In this document: piece by piece, positions 1 through 15,771 of the stretch
How positions within the stretch are numbered: the first letter of the stretch is position 1
Layout: every line of letters begins with the position of its first letter
DNA from: Pavona decussata
Taxonomy: Eukaryota
Direction of reading: 5' to 3'
Assembly: GCA_977016875.1 (NCBI GenBank)
Contig: CDRNST010000196.1
Location: 2,914,001 to 2,978,000 of the forward strand
Length of the DNA stretch: 64,000 bases
Position numbers and translations under genes: made by a program
Notes under the pieces: model-generated
Told to the model about the DNA's origin: nothing
Database searches by the model: none
The model's input: only the letters and a program-made list of their open reading frames with translations

Positions 1-3876
<3,876 letters not shown>

Positions 3877-5067
3877 AAAAAACTGTCCATTGTTACGTAA
3901 AGGATAGAAACCTTGTGAATTGTTTTGCAAAAATTACTGTTCGTTACTTTTGTGTAAGCTTGGTATTCAGTTTAGTTTTTCCCAGCGGTTTCCCTGCTTG
4001 TTATGTCAGTGGAAGTTTGAACTTGTAGAGATTCCTCTGAGTAAAAAGCATTTTCATAAAAATTTCTTAACTTTGTGCAGAGATCTTTTGTGTGTTGGGG
4101 GACCCAAGGGGGGGGGGGGGGGGGAGCAAATCAGGACAAAAGTGTGAACAAGCCTTGTCAGAAATTCAACATTGGCCCTGATCCAACACCTTTAAAAAAA
4201 TTAATGTTCCCCTTAAACTTCACCTCGCTTTTGGAAGAGGCTTGCTATTTTTTTTTTTGTTTTTGTTTTTTTTTTTTTTGTCAGGTTGTACTGACAAGAA
4301 CAAAACAAAAATGTAGGTGGAGGATACAGATCTTCCAAAACAAAATGTGACGTTAACTAGAAATAATATTGGCTTTAGAGGACAACTTTATGGTGTTGGG
4401 CAACTCTTCACAGACAGAAATGCATAGCTGATAGCAAATTTGAGAGTTAGCCAAGGTTCAAGGAAAGTAAAGAGCTATTGACATTTTAAAACTTACAAGT
4501 TTCACTAATAAAGTAGGAGCAACTAAAGTCTAACTACCTACTTCCTACTAAAGTAGGAGCCCCTAGAGAAAGAAGCCAGTTAAGTGTCTAGTTGCTTAGG
4601 AAAATAAACAAGTGATAATGTAGCATGAAATATTCAAGGAAGAGACGAGTGATTGTGTGAAGCTAGAGCATTTTTCTAGGATTGGAGCCAAGTTTGTGCA
4701 TCCAAAAAAGTACCATTTCAAGTTACTCTGGTGCCTTGCCTACACATGTGAAGGTAATCTCGGAAATTATGCACAAACGGCTTTGCTTTTATTGTCATCA
4801 ATCACGTATTTTGGAGTTCTGGGTCCTTTTCTCAAATTGAAAAACGCCTGATGACAACTCTGGAAACTGTGTTCACATTGTTTCTGGTCATCGATATTTC
4901 TTATGATTTGAAGCAACACGTTTGCATGTTTGAACAAAATGTTGAAATCAATCCACAAGACTCAGTTTGGCGAAAATTTTGGGACCCACAAAGTTGATAG
5001 AAACTGACTGCGGGGCCCTTGAAGGACTACGGGTGCTTATTAACGAAAACCAAGATAGGATGCTTAT

Positions 5068-5171
5068 GAGGCTCGATTACCAGCCGCTGCTTAGGAAAAT
5101 GAGCCTGCACTCATCCCCCCCGAAGGAGAGGATCAAAGACCAGACCCGGGAGACGGGGCAAATCGAGCCTA
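5068..5171. mobile_element. Short MITE (~104 bp) whose right end was the target of the large transposon
   Basis: TIR AGGCTCGATT (5069-5078) / AATCGAGCCT(A) (5161-5171). A degenerate 9-bp TSD (gatgcttat vs ggtgattat) appears once the large element is removed. Confidence 0.55.
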
Positions 5172-5175
5172 GGTG

Positions 5176-5476
5176 TATGGCGCGCCTTTCCAGTCAATAT
5201 TCAAACAAGCTTAATATACGATACATCCATTACATTTCTGTGCCATATTTTTTAATTCCTTTCTGTATATTTTTTATTTTGCTTCTATATTTTTAATATC
5301 TCTTCCTATTAATTTATATATACGTGTGTAGCTCATCTATTTTTTATTTTGTTCTCGTTATTTTATATGCGTTCTATATATTTTTTTATTTATTTCGTAT
5401 TTATTTTCGTTCCGAGCGGGATTTTTTATTTTCTTTCTAATTAGTATGCAACATGTGATCACATGACCGCGATGCA
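5176..5476 (+). repeat. Left terminal inverted repeat of the transposon
   Basis: Reverse complement of about 10870-11190. The first 33 bp are identical, with roughly a dozen substitutions further in. Confidence 0.95.
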
Positions 5477-5501
5477 TTTTCCCGCCAATTTCAAAAGCAA
5501 A

Positions 5502-7278
5502 ATGGCGGATGGAACTTTAAGAGATGGCAACGAGAGAGGCCTTTACAACTTCATAGAGTCTCTTCGTACCCTGTTGATTGGTATTCAGAATTTGAGCACA
5601 CAAGATGTCTCCGTTGATTACGTTGAACAAGCTAACTTGCGCCTGGAGGATGCAATTTTAACTTTACAGTTGCTATTGCATAGTGTATGGCAAAGTGAGG
5701 ACTCTGTCCTTCAAGATTTCAAGACAATAACAGAAGCTGTTTTGACAAAAGTACGCTTTGTTTTTCGTGTAATGACAAAGTATGAGGAAAGCAATTCCGT
5801 TGAAGCAACGGTATCAAATTCGTTCGCTTGTCCTACCACTAAACTAACAGGTGCAGGAAGACCAGTCATCGTCATCGAAAGAGAGCAGATCGAATTCTTA
5901 CGCGAACTGCATTTCCCCTGGGTGAAAATCGCTAGCTTGTTAGGTGTCAGTGAAAGTACTTTACGTCGAAGAAGACGGGAATTAAATTTGAATGATGACA
6001 GCGAAAACTGGACTGCATTGTCAGGTGCGTAGTAATTTACAGACTGAGGTTATCTATACTAGTAGCTTATTTGGTTTTAAGCTTATCGGTGTGTTTGGAT
6101 AAGGGTGTCTGCGAAGAAAGGGAGTTCAACATCGGAAACAAGATATAGTCTCCGGCAAAATAAATCTTAGAAGCCATACCCTTGGCCAAAGTATTTTAGG
6201 TTCCCCAAAATCCCATGTCACTCAATGATGTACGATACTTCAAACTTTGCAATTCAAATACAACTTCTTTTCAGATTCTCAGCTTGAAGACGCTGTCAAA
6301 GAAATTAGAAGTATTACTCCAAACATTGGACAACGAAGATTGCTTGGAGCTCTCCGAGCAAGGGGATTTCGAATCCAGCGATGGAGGGTTCGCAACTGTC
6401 TTCGTAGACAAGACCCACTTGGGACAGCACTTCGCTGGAGTACTCCGGTTTACCGTCGAAAGTACTCTGTACCAACGCCAAACGCTTTGTGGCACATAGA
6501 CGGTAACCACAAGCTTACCAGGTACAGGTTTGTTGTGCACTGCTGTGTTGATGGGTATTCGAGGGTTATTGTGTATGCCACCCTAACTGATAACAACCGA
6601 GCAGATACAGTGTTGGAGCTCTTCATCGAGGGAGTACAAGAGTTTGGCTTACCTTCAAGAGTAAGAAGCGATCATGGACTGGAAAATGTTGGAGTGGCAC
6701 AGTACATGTTGGAAAATAGAGGCCTGGACAGAGGAAGTATCATAACGGGAAGCTCTGTCCACAACTGCCGTGTTGAGCGCGCTCATAGAGATGTTTACGC
6801 TGGTGTCCTTTGTCACTTTGCCAATATCTTTAGTGGAATGGAAGACATGGGTCTTCTTGACCCGTTAAACGAAGTACATTTATTTTCATTGCACTTTGTC
6901 TACACACCAAGGATAAATAGGGCATTGCAACACTTTACTGATCAATGGAACAATCACCCCGTCTCCAGTGAACATCAATTATCTCCCCTACAAATTTTCG
7001 CCTCTGGGATTTTGGAGAACATGCACTCTGGATACTCTGGAGTTGAGAGTATTCTACATCCAAATCAAATTCCATTGTATGGGTTTGATCCAGATGGACC
7101 TTTCCCGTTAGACGACGACGATTACCAGGTCTCAATACCAGCAGTTGATGTTCAGCTCACACCACAACAACTGCATATTTTGGAAGTCTCCTGTCACCCT
7201 TTGAATGACGATGGTGAACATGGTAGAACTCAATATCTGAGATGCATAGACATCCTTAGAAATCAGTTCAACATATAA
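5502..7278 (+). CDS. DDE transposase, IS3/IS481-like integrase core; exons 5502-6024 and 6275-7278 (~508 aa)
   Basis: HTH (WVKIASLLGVSESTLRRRR), second HTH-like region (PNIGQRRLLGALRARG), and catalytic triad WHI-D-GNHKL / RS-D-HGLEN / NCRV-E-R. The phase-1 intron GTGCGT...TTTTCAG restores the frame (ALS-D-SQLE). No stops or frameshifts. Alternative upstream ATG at 5463. Confidence 0.92.
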
Positions 7279-8022
7279 GGAACTTTGCTGAGATAAGGCC
7301 GTTTTGGTGGTAACTATGTTTCAAAACAGGTGTTCCCAGCACCCCAGCATCCAACTAACCTGAAATCCGTTGTTTAGAGAGTGAAAAAGGGGCCTAGAGA
7401 ATTAAGATCAATTAACGCCTATCAAACTGGCACCACTAATTGTAAATCGATTAAAAACAAAGTCATGTTTTTTTATGAGCAATGATTGGCTGGGTAGCAT
7501 AATTCATTCTAAGAGTAAGGCATGGAACAAGAGGAAATTCTGATAGAAAGTCGTCAAGATAGTTCTTTTCTCTTGCTTCCCATTTACGGTTAATCGTAGA
7601 CTACCAACTTCGATGACAGATTGAAAACGTAAACAGTGTGAGATTTAATATTTTGCCTTCAAATTGTATCGATCAGAATAGAACACAACGAATGCAACTT
7701 AACCTTTACAACAGTTAGGAAAAAACTACATTAAAATCTCAACAATATAGTTATAAACAGCCACGCTCGCTTGAAAATGTCAACTTTGAACAGATTACAA
7801 GCTTGATACTACAATAAGGCATCAGCTAACGATTTTCCAGTATGTTGTACAGGAATCGATGCACAAATAATTTGTGCATTGTTGTTAAATGTTTTAAAAC
7901 TGTAAATACCCATTAAAGGCAGAAAACACAATTTATATATACATATATATATAAAATGAAATTATCAGTCTCTTCTAAATCAGCTTGCCACCATAATGGT
8001 CTTCATTTCTTCACAAGGCATA

Positions 8023-10834
8023 TTACACAATATCCATTTCCCAATAATCTGATGCAAGTATTGCACTGAACTCCTCTCTAAGTTCAGGAAATGACTGATA
8101 CGTTGAGGATAGCTCCAACACAGTATTACAGGTGTGGGCAATAGGTCGGCGACCTAAACCAGATAAGTTGGTAAAATTTACTTGGATTGCGTCAAAAAGC
8201 ATTAACTCTGAGCCACTGATAAACCTTACAAACTTTGATAATTTCTGAGGTGTGTCAAGGCCCTTAATATACCGTTTGAGAAACTTAAGGCTATCCCTTT
8301 CCCCATCACTCTCAGGGTTTGCCTCTAGGCAACTAAGGATTTTGCTCGTTGATGGTATTAACAATTCATACCTTTTGGAAAGTGCTGCAAAATCAGGAAA
8401 ACTAGGAAGGAGTGTGACAACTATATCCTTCCAGCACTCTGCAATATACTGTGGCTTCTGTAGTAGCTCCTTATGGGCTATTTCTTCAATAACTTGAATG
8501 ACATTATCAGAATTTACCATAATTCGACAGTCATAGTTACTAAGTATTTCTAAAAGCTGGGACATTTCATCTTCATCATCCCACTTCATATCACCAGCAA
8601 GGCACTTGTCAATCAAACATTTTTCATCTACTGAAATGTAATTTCTAAAGGATTGAGTCAGCATAGCGCTAGTTACAGCAGATTCCCCCCAAAAAAGACA
8701 GGCAAGGAACGTTTGAGACAGAAGGACTGGTAGGTATTGACAGGTTAAATATCCTTTCACCAAAATTCTACCTACAGCAACCCATTCCTCCCTTTGATAG
8801 TCATGTCTTACAAATGGTACACGCTCATTTTCTCCAACAAAAAGGGAATCATATGTTTCTTTCCAAAAAAGAGAGAAAACATCTCTAAGCAACCCAACAC
8901 CTCTGCCCATTTCTTCAACTCCCCTAGCATCAATAACGATTATCTCTATGTCTTGACTCATAATTAACGGATCTCGGAATACGTTAATCAAATCCTTCTT
9001 AATATTTAACCTGTGCACTTGGATGATACGTTTTGGTAGCAGTTGAGGTACAGGTACTAATACCGGTATAACATGCTCAGATGATGCATGAACAATATCA
9101 GAGTTACTGTCTAAAACAAGTGCATTTACTGGAACAGGTAGCTCAGATGATGCCAAAACAATATCAGAGTTACTGCCTGTCTCTACATCATTCAACTCTG
9201 TATTTTGATGTGATGTTTCTGCTTCAGTTGGAAATGGTACACAATAAGGTTGTGCAGCATCCTGGCAGGGGTGGGGCACCACAGCTGCATCTGGCCTCCC
9301 ATCACTCTCCCCAAATGAAAGCAACACAGGGCTTCTTTGTGCTCCACTAACACTAAAAGAAATATTAACTTGTCACAAACCATAAAAAAGTGATCTAAGT
9401 GGTAATGATGTGACATACTACGAAGTGTTCATATTTACATAAATATCCACAATCACATGGAGTTGCAATGTACCAAATCAATTTACTGATATCTAAGCAA
9501 ACAAACAAATAAATAAATACACAAATCTGTTTGGAGACAAACCGGATAATATTTCCAACAAAAAGCCATTTTCATGTCTAGTAGCATGAGCTGGGATGCC
9601 AGTCTATCATATACAACGTTATTCCACTGCATTGGGAAGCTACCACATAAAATTCACAAATACCTTTGTAGTAAGGCAAAAAAGCTAAAAGAAATCTATA
9701 CAGGTTTTATCTTGTTCAATGCAAAAATTCACTCGAAAAAGTTCACCTTGGACTGCTATCTAATACTGCATTCTCTAGCTCCTCTTCAGTTTCACCCTCA
9801 TCTTCAGATTCCAAAGGTATCTGTGATCTAACATAAACAGCTCCTTGACCGGCCATCCTGGTCACTCTTTCTGCATCCAGAGTTATGCCATCTGCCAACT
9901 TAGGAGTTATCAGCTTTCCATAGCATGGCTAGGTTGAGAAAAACACATATTACTTGCGGGCTTTTTGCAAAAGTTAAGGGTAATTTTGATGAAAGAGTAA
10001 TTAAGTTAAGCTTATGTCACAAGCAAGGGGAAATTATACAATAAATGAGGAGGTGGGAGCGGGGCAGTACCAGAGTAAGTCTGAATAACCCAACAACTTC
10101 TCCCAAAATTGTAAGTCCATTACGCGGGTCACTGCAGGTATCCTCTTGTGTGGGTAAATTGTTGGCAAAATAGTATAAATGCGTATTTATAAATAGTGCA
10201 GCCACAACAAATGCACAAACTGAACAGCAACGATGATAATATTATTGCGTTAAACGTAGAACAATGTTTAAGCTTATAACACAAGTGGAAAGTTACCCAC
10301 CTTGACATATTCAAATAGCAAAAGCTTTGGAAATCGATTCAGTATAGCAGCTTTAAGGGAATTTGCATCCCAGCTCTTGTCAAAGGGAAACTCGTGGCAG
10401 ACAAGTTCTCTCTCTTCTAACTGAAGTCGGCTTGTATGTGTAGGCACTTTGTTGATCTTGGGGCTGGGAATGAGGACTAGATCCTTGTAAACAAGTGTCT
10501 TGGATGGGCGGCCTTTGTTCGACTTAATGGTCTGCTTTAACCTTGCTGGTCTTCTACTAGTGCTTTTTCTACTAGCTCGGTTCGAGCCAACTGTCGGAAA
10601 GAGAGTGGCAAGACGAGCTTGAATAGAACTGCTTGAGGCTGGCGACGTCGAGGGTTCGTTCGACTGAAGTTCCTTGTTGTTCACCTGACGATCCCCGTTG
10701 TTCGGCTGACTGTCAGAGTTTACCGTTCCATTTATCCGAGGTAAAACATTTCTCGTAAATCCAGGTCTCAAATGACTTAAAATCTCTAAGGCATCCGCGG
10801 CCGCACGACAAGCAGTAGACAGTTCTTCCTCCAT
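8023..10834 (-). CDS. Transposon-encoded HECT-domain E3 ubiquitin ligase (G2E3-like); exons 10834-10301, 9928-9747 and 9352-8023 (~681 aa)
   Basis: C-terminal HECT-like domain: GRGVGLLRDVFSLFW, WVAVGRILVKGY, LSKFVRFISGS, RRPIAHT-C-NTVLELSSTYQSFPELREEF. Both GT-AG introns join in frame (EYVK/PCYG at phase 0; SP-S-VSG at phase 2). Exon 2 encodes MAGQGAVYVRSQ plus an acidic tract. Confidence 0.85.
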
Positions 10835-10869
10835 GTGACCGAAAGCCAAAATGGCGGAATGGAAAAAGT

Positions 10870-11190
10870 GCATCGCGGTCATGTGATCACGTGTTGCATA
10901 CTAATTAGAAAGAAAATAAAAAATCCCGCTCGGAACGAAAAAAAAATGCAGATTAAATATAAAATATATAGAACGCATATCAAATAACGAGAACAAAATA
11001 AAAAAATAGATGAGCTAAACACGTATATCTAAATTAATAGGAAGAGATATAAAAAATATAGAAGCAAAATGAAAAATAAAGAAGCAAAATAAAAAATATA
11101 CAGAAAGGAAATAAAAAATATGGCACAGAAATGTAATGGATGTATGGTATATTAAGGTTGTTTGAATATTGACTGGAAAGGCGCGCCATA
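10870..11190 (-). repeat. Right terminal inverted repeat of the transposon
   Basis: Reverse complement of 5176-5476, with an extra ~20-bp tandem duplication (gaagcaaaat...) at 11061-11100. Confidence 0.95.
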
Positions 11191-12829
11191 TAGGTGATTA
11201 TTAGATATGGTGAGTTAATGGATGGAGGGTACTAAATTGAATCATTACAGTGCTCCTTGTAGCTTTGCAACAGAAAACAGGAACTTGGCTATACTAGTAT
11301 TTCCCAGCTTGTATCAATCTCGTACCCAGATTCCTCAGGCTCTTTGGCCAGCGGTTGGTTGCCTGGAGAGAGACTGAGCTCCTGGATTTTTTCCGCCACA
11401 GAAATCTGCAGTAAAAAGGAAAGCTGTACCTTTGGTGCCAGACACTCTACTTGAGCAGTTTCCAAGTCCAGTTGACAATTAGCCTCTTGCCAATCCTGAG
11501 TCCTAGCGACATGCAAAAAAAAACATGACAGCCAATCAAAAAATTTATATTGTTGCTATTTCCAATGCAGAGTCCTAAGGACATGCTGTCAGGGACCTGT
11601 GAACTCTGGGTACAGGGCTGTGGATTCTACCATGATATTGTAAGATCACAACTCCCATCGCAAGTTTCGCAAAAACAGTGAATCTTGTTGCCAGGGTTCA
11701 CAGACAAAGCAAGACGATGCTCATTAACTAGGCTAGCTGACCCCCTAAAAGGATTGGTCAAAAGTATAGGGTGAGGTGGACTGGGTCAGAGATGGGGTGG
11801 GTTGTCAGTTTTTGAGTCCTTGGTAAGGGGTGGGTTGTTCAATTTTCAGCTACCCATTTGGGGTGGATCATCCTAATTTATAACAGGAATAGGCACACAT
11901 TTACCATAACATGATAAAATGAAAGAGAGAAAGAATGGAGACAACAGAAAGGGAGAGAAACTTGACCTATGAGGATGTGGAATGGGAGAACCTCCTGTGA
12001 GGATTTGCCAAGGAAGCAAAGAGTTTCTGTCCTTAATCTGTGTATCAAACATCTGACAACTGAAAAGAAATTAAGGAAAAAAAACCAAACTTGACTTGGT
12101 GTCAGCGCACACTCAGTTGTCAGCAGCCAAAGGCAGCCAAGTGGCTCTGAATCGAGTGTTGGCAGCTCAGAGGCAAGTGAAGACTGTGTTCTGCAGGAAG
12201 GTCGGAGCCGATACCTCCGATGATGACAAAATCCACCTTCCCAAACTTGCTTCCAACAGTTGGAGTGACAAATTATGATAATGATGTCCCATGAAGCGTA
12301 CTTTGCCAAACTTAATTCCTTATGAAGCAAGGCCAAAGGATGGAGGGTTATGATTTTTTCATACATAAAATGTGGTTTCCTTTTATTATGCAACCCAAAA
12401 ATGTAATTTTCAAACTTCATTTAGGGGTGGATCAGTCAGTTTTGTGCCAAAAGAAGGGGGTTAGGCCATGATTTTTCTTTTCTTTTTTTTTATCCACCAT
12501 ATTCCAAACTGCTCTGTTCCAACCCCTACTTTGATCAGTTCCTTTGCAATTGCGTTCAGTTTTCGTTGGCTAATTCATCCAGAGCCCTGGGGGCTACAAT
12601 TATGTTTTTGTAGGGGGGGGGGGGGGGGGTCATGAATTTTCAGTGGTAGGTTTTACAGAGGGTTATAGAAAAGTTCCCTGAAAGTATAACAAGGTGTAAG
12701 GGGGCCATCAGGAAAGTTAGGGGCCATCAAGAAAGTTTCTGTTAAAAGTGTTACGTTTTCATTATCAGTTAATATGTCACTTGTAATGAGAATAAAAGGT
12801 CTATATCAATAAATAATAAACTCACTTTG

Positions 12830-12985
12830 CAGGGCTGTCAACTCTCCCGGATAATCCGGGAGTCTCCAGATTTTGAACCATATCTCACGGTTTCCAGATT
12901 TATGTCTGTAATCTCCAGATTTCGAGGTGTATCTTCTGGTCTCCAGATTTCTCCAGATTTATGTCTGTAATCTCCCGGATAATCG
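12830..12985 (+). repeat. Repeat-rich segment (reiterated TCTCCAGATTT / TCTCCCGGATAATC), probably the end of a DNA transposon
   Basis: Starts CAGGGCTGTCAACTCTCCCGG, followed by several near-tandem copies of TCTCCAGATTT(ATGTCTGTAA). No matching other end identified. Confidence 0.45.
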
Positions 12986-15318
12986 ACGAAGTTTGCCATT
13001 TGTCGTATGCTCGACTCTCTTACCAGAACATCTGAAATGTTTAGTAGTGTTCTTTTTACTGGTTAATGTATGTTGCCTTCCTTCGTGTGTGGTTGACAGC
13101 CCTGCTTTGACACTCGCTCAATCTCTCAGCACAGTTTTTTTTTATTATTATTCTGTTCTACATGTATTCAAGGGGTGATGAAGGTGCCAGCAGCTGTAAA
13201 GCTTAGGTCAATGATTCACCTGTTGAACATAACACAAAATTTGTGGCATTCTGTCCACTTCTGGTGCTGCACCTTTTCTCTGCTGGTTCAAAGTCCCTAT
13301 CATCACTCTCACTCAGCATTCCTTCACTTTCCCTGTACCATGTTCACCAAGACAGAAATGTCTCCATCACTTTCATCATCTTATAACTGGCCATGCAGTA
13401 TAAGTATAGACCACATTCAAAAATGACCACAAATGATTTTCATCCCCAGAAGAATGATTTTTGAAGAGAATCTTATTATATTATAAGATTACAATCAGTT
13501 TGTGACAAGTATTTAAAAAAAATGGTATGGAACTAGATTTTCAAAGATAGCTAACATTGTGGAAGTATTCTTCAATTGAAAGTATTCCTGGCAAACCAAA
13601 CAGCCATCTTTTAATGTGGTTCATAAGTAAAAAACACTGCTTTCTCTTAAGTCATGTAGTGAAAATCAGCGATATCCTTCAATTTTCTTTTTAGTAAAGT
13701 GTTGTTGAAAATACTCTTAAATTTATTTTTAAATTATTATGCAAATGTTATAAAATACTAAAATGTTGAGAATAAAAAAATGCTTGTTTGAGCCATATTT
13801 ACAGAGGAACTTTTAATGTTAAACAGGAAGGGTGGGGTCATGGTATTTTACCATGGTTTGCAGGATATCTCCAGGGGACAGAAAAAAATTACTTGGAACA
13901 TCGGGGTGGGGGGCTTCCAAAAGATGTAAGAAAAAAAAAATGAAAAACATCATAGACCCCATCTGCATATATTATGAACCCTCCCTTAGGAGACAGTGCA
14001 AACCAACATAAAGTAAAACAGACAACTTTTACATGAAATGCTTTTTATTTCCATATTATTGTTTACATTCATTGCTTTCCCCATTGCTTTCCTAACTTTT
14101 GCCAGGAACTCATGCTTTCTCTAACAACACATGATATAGACTCTGGAGTAAAAAGCTTAAATATTTGCCTGGTAAGCTTACAAGAAAACAAATTCTATTC
14201 CAGTGTTGGTGACATAAGCATAACCAGAAAGAGGCAACCCCTGTGCTGAATTTTCTTAGATCTCCTTTGGTGCATTTTTTTAATAAAATACATAAAAAAA
14301 ACTTCTTGGAAAAAATTGGCAGAGTAATTCAACTAAGTTAAGAGATTAAGTGATCTATAAGCATCTAAATGATCCTAAAAAGACAGTCCAAAACATTTCA
14401 AATAATAGCAAAGTTAAAAAGAATTGCCAAGAAACAAATTCTAGAGCCAATAATAGAAATAACAGAAGAAAAGATGTGCGTCCTTTGTCGCCACTGACAG
14501 CAACTCTTACTAGTTCATGTGGATCACACATAAACAAAACCTGAAGGTAAGAGGGTAAGGTTTACCTTAAAGTTTGTAACTTAAGTTAGCTACTGCACAC
14601 TCAAGAGAGCCAAATCAATTTGTCTTTAATCAATCAGCTGTCTGTTTCAATTTATCCTTGGTTTGAATTTTATCTTTGTATTGTTCTTGGGTATGGACTT
14701 GTATAATAATGAGTTTGAAGCGATGGAAAATATATTTAACCAAGGAATAAATTGAACCAAAACATATCCATATACCAAATTTCTTTAATGTCAACCTCTA
14801 GTACCCATGTTCAAAGAAAGACAAAATCAAAACTTATTTTCTCATTCAAACAATCATAAACAACACTACTACAAGAAGCTAACTTAATAGTTTTGATAAA
14901 TAGCTTGGTAGCTTTGATTACTTTAGTACTTCATCCACATACTCAAATGTTATAATGTAATATGATTTAAAATTTGACACCAGTGTCTTTCCCTATAGAA
15001 GCACAACCCTCCCCCTCCTCCAAAAAAGATCCAGTACACTCTTACCTGAAAGAACAAAAAACCCACACCATACCAATGTTTTTATATGTTTTTATATGTT
15101 TTTATAAAAACATTCTCTATTCTTTCTGACGTTTCTTTACAACAAGACCCTACAGTCCAATATTATGGCCACATAAAAAAATGCTTCACCCTACTCCAGC
15201 AACAACATTTATGTCACTGAGCCTCTAACTTCATACCAAAGCTCATGATTTCAAAGGAGGACAAATTTGACCTTATGAGATGGGTGAGGTGGGTATTTTT
15301 TATGCAACCACAACAAAA

Positions 15319-15701
15319 CCATGTTGGTTACATCTAAGCGTGACACGGGAGGGAAAAACATGTTCTAGTTGGGTGCAAACATGACATGTTTTGGCGTCAA
15401 ACATTCAAAGTTTGGAGTAGGTGGCTATTGTTGACTTGATTTGTTTTTGCTCAACAAAATATTCTTTGCAAGCATTTTTAGATGTTAAGAATACTTTCTG
15501 GAGGCAAGTGTACCAAGAAATATGCCTGCAAGTTGAGAGAAATGAAATAGACTTATGTGTTGAAAATTATGCGCTGATCTGGTGTGACAGTTTGTTTAAC
15601 GGTTGTCAAACTTCAAGTGTTTGGGGACAAAACACGTCATGTCTGGCACCCTATTAGAACATGTTTTTGTCTTGTGTCCACGCTTAGATGAAACCGACGG
15701 T
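15319..15701. mobile_element. Diverged MITE just downstream of the LIMS stop codon (likely in the 3' UTR)
   Basis: Imperfect ~95-bp inverted arms: CATCTAAGCGTG...AAAAACATGTTCTA...GGGTGC...ACATGAC vs GTCATGT...GCACCC...TAGAACATGTTTTT...CACGCTTAGATG. Confidence 0.7.
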
Positions 15702-15771
15702 ATTTAACAATACAGTATTTCTCCCTTGCATGCCCAACACAGCTTGGAAATCTTGATAATTTATTAAATTG

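Larger units (their letters stand above)
5176..11190. mobile_element. Autonomous-looking IS3EU-like DNA transposon, 6015 bp, with two convergent genes (DDE transposase and HECT E3 ligase)
   Basis: Perfect 6-bp direct repeat TAGGTG at 5170-5175 and 11191-11196. Termini TATGGCGCGCC...GGCGCGCCATA, TIRs of ~300/320 bp, and an internal IS3/IS481-type integrase-core transposase. TAY..RTA ends, a 6-bp TSD and two genes match my recollection of the IS3EU superfamily definition. Confidence 0.9.

Noticed and set aside
6247-7278. Bacterial IS3/IS481 insertion sequence or contamination
   Set aside because: The transposase gene has a spliceosomal intron, the partner gene has two, and the element sits with a TSD in intron-rich animal DNA.
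6247-7278. LTR-retrotransposon or Polinton integrase
   Set aside because: No gag/RT/RNase H, LTRs, DNA polymerase B or capsid genes; the boundaries are TIRs around only 6 kb.
12860-12985. CRISPR-like repeat array
   Set aside because: Repeats are short, irregular and near-tandem with no unique constant-length spacers; eukaryotic context and no cas genes.
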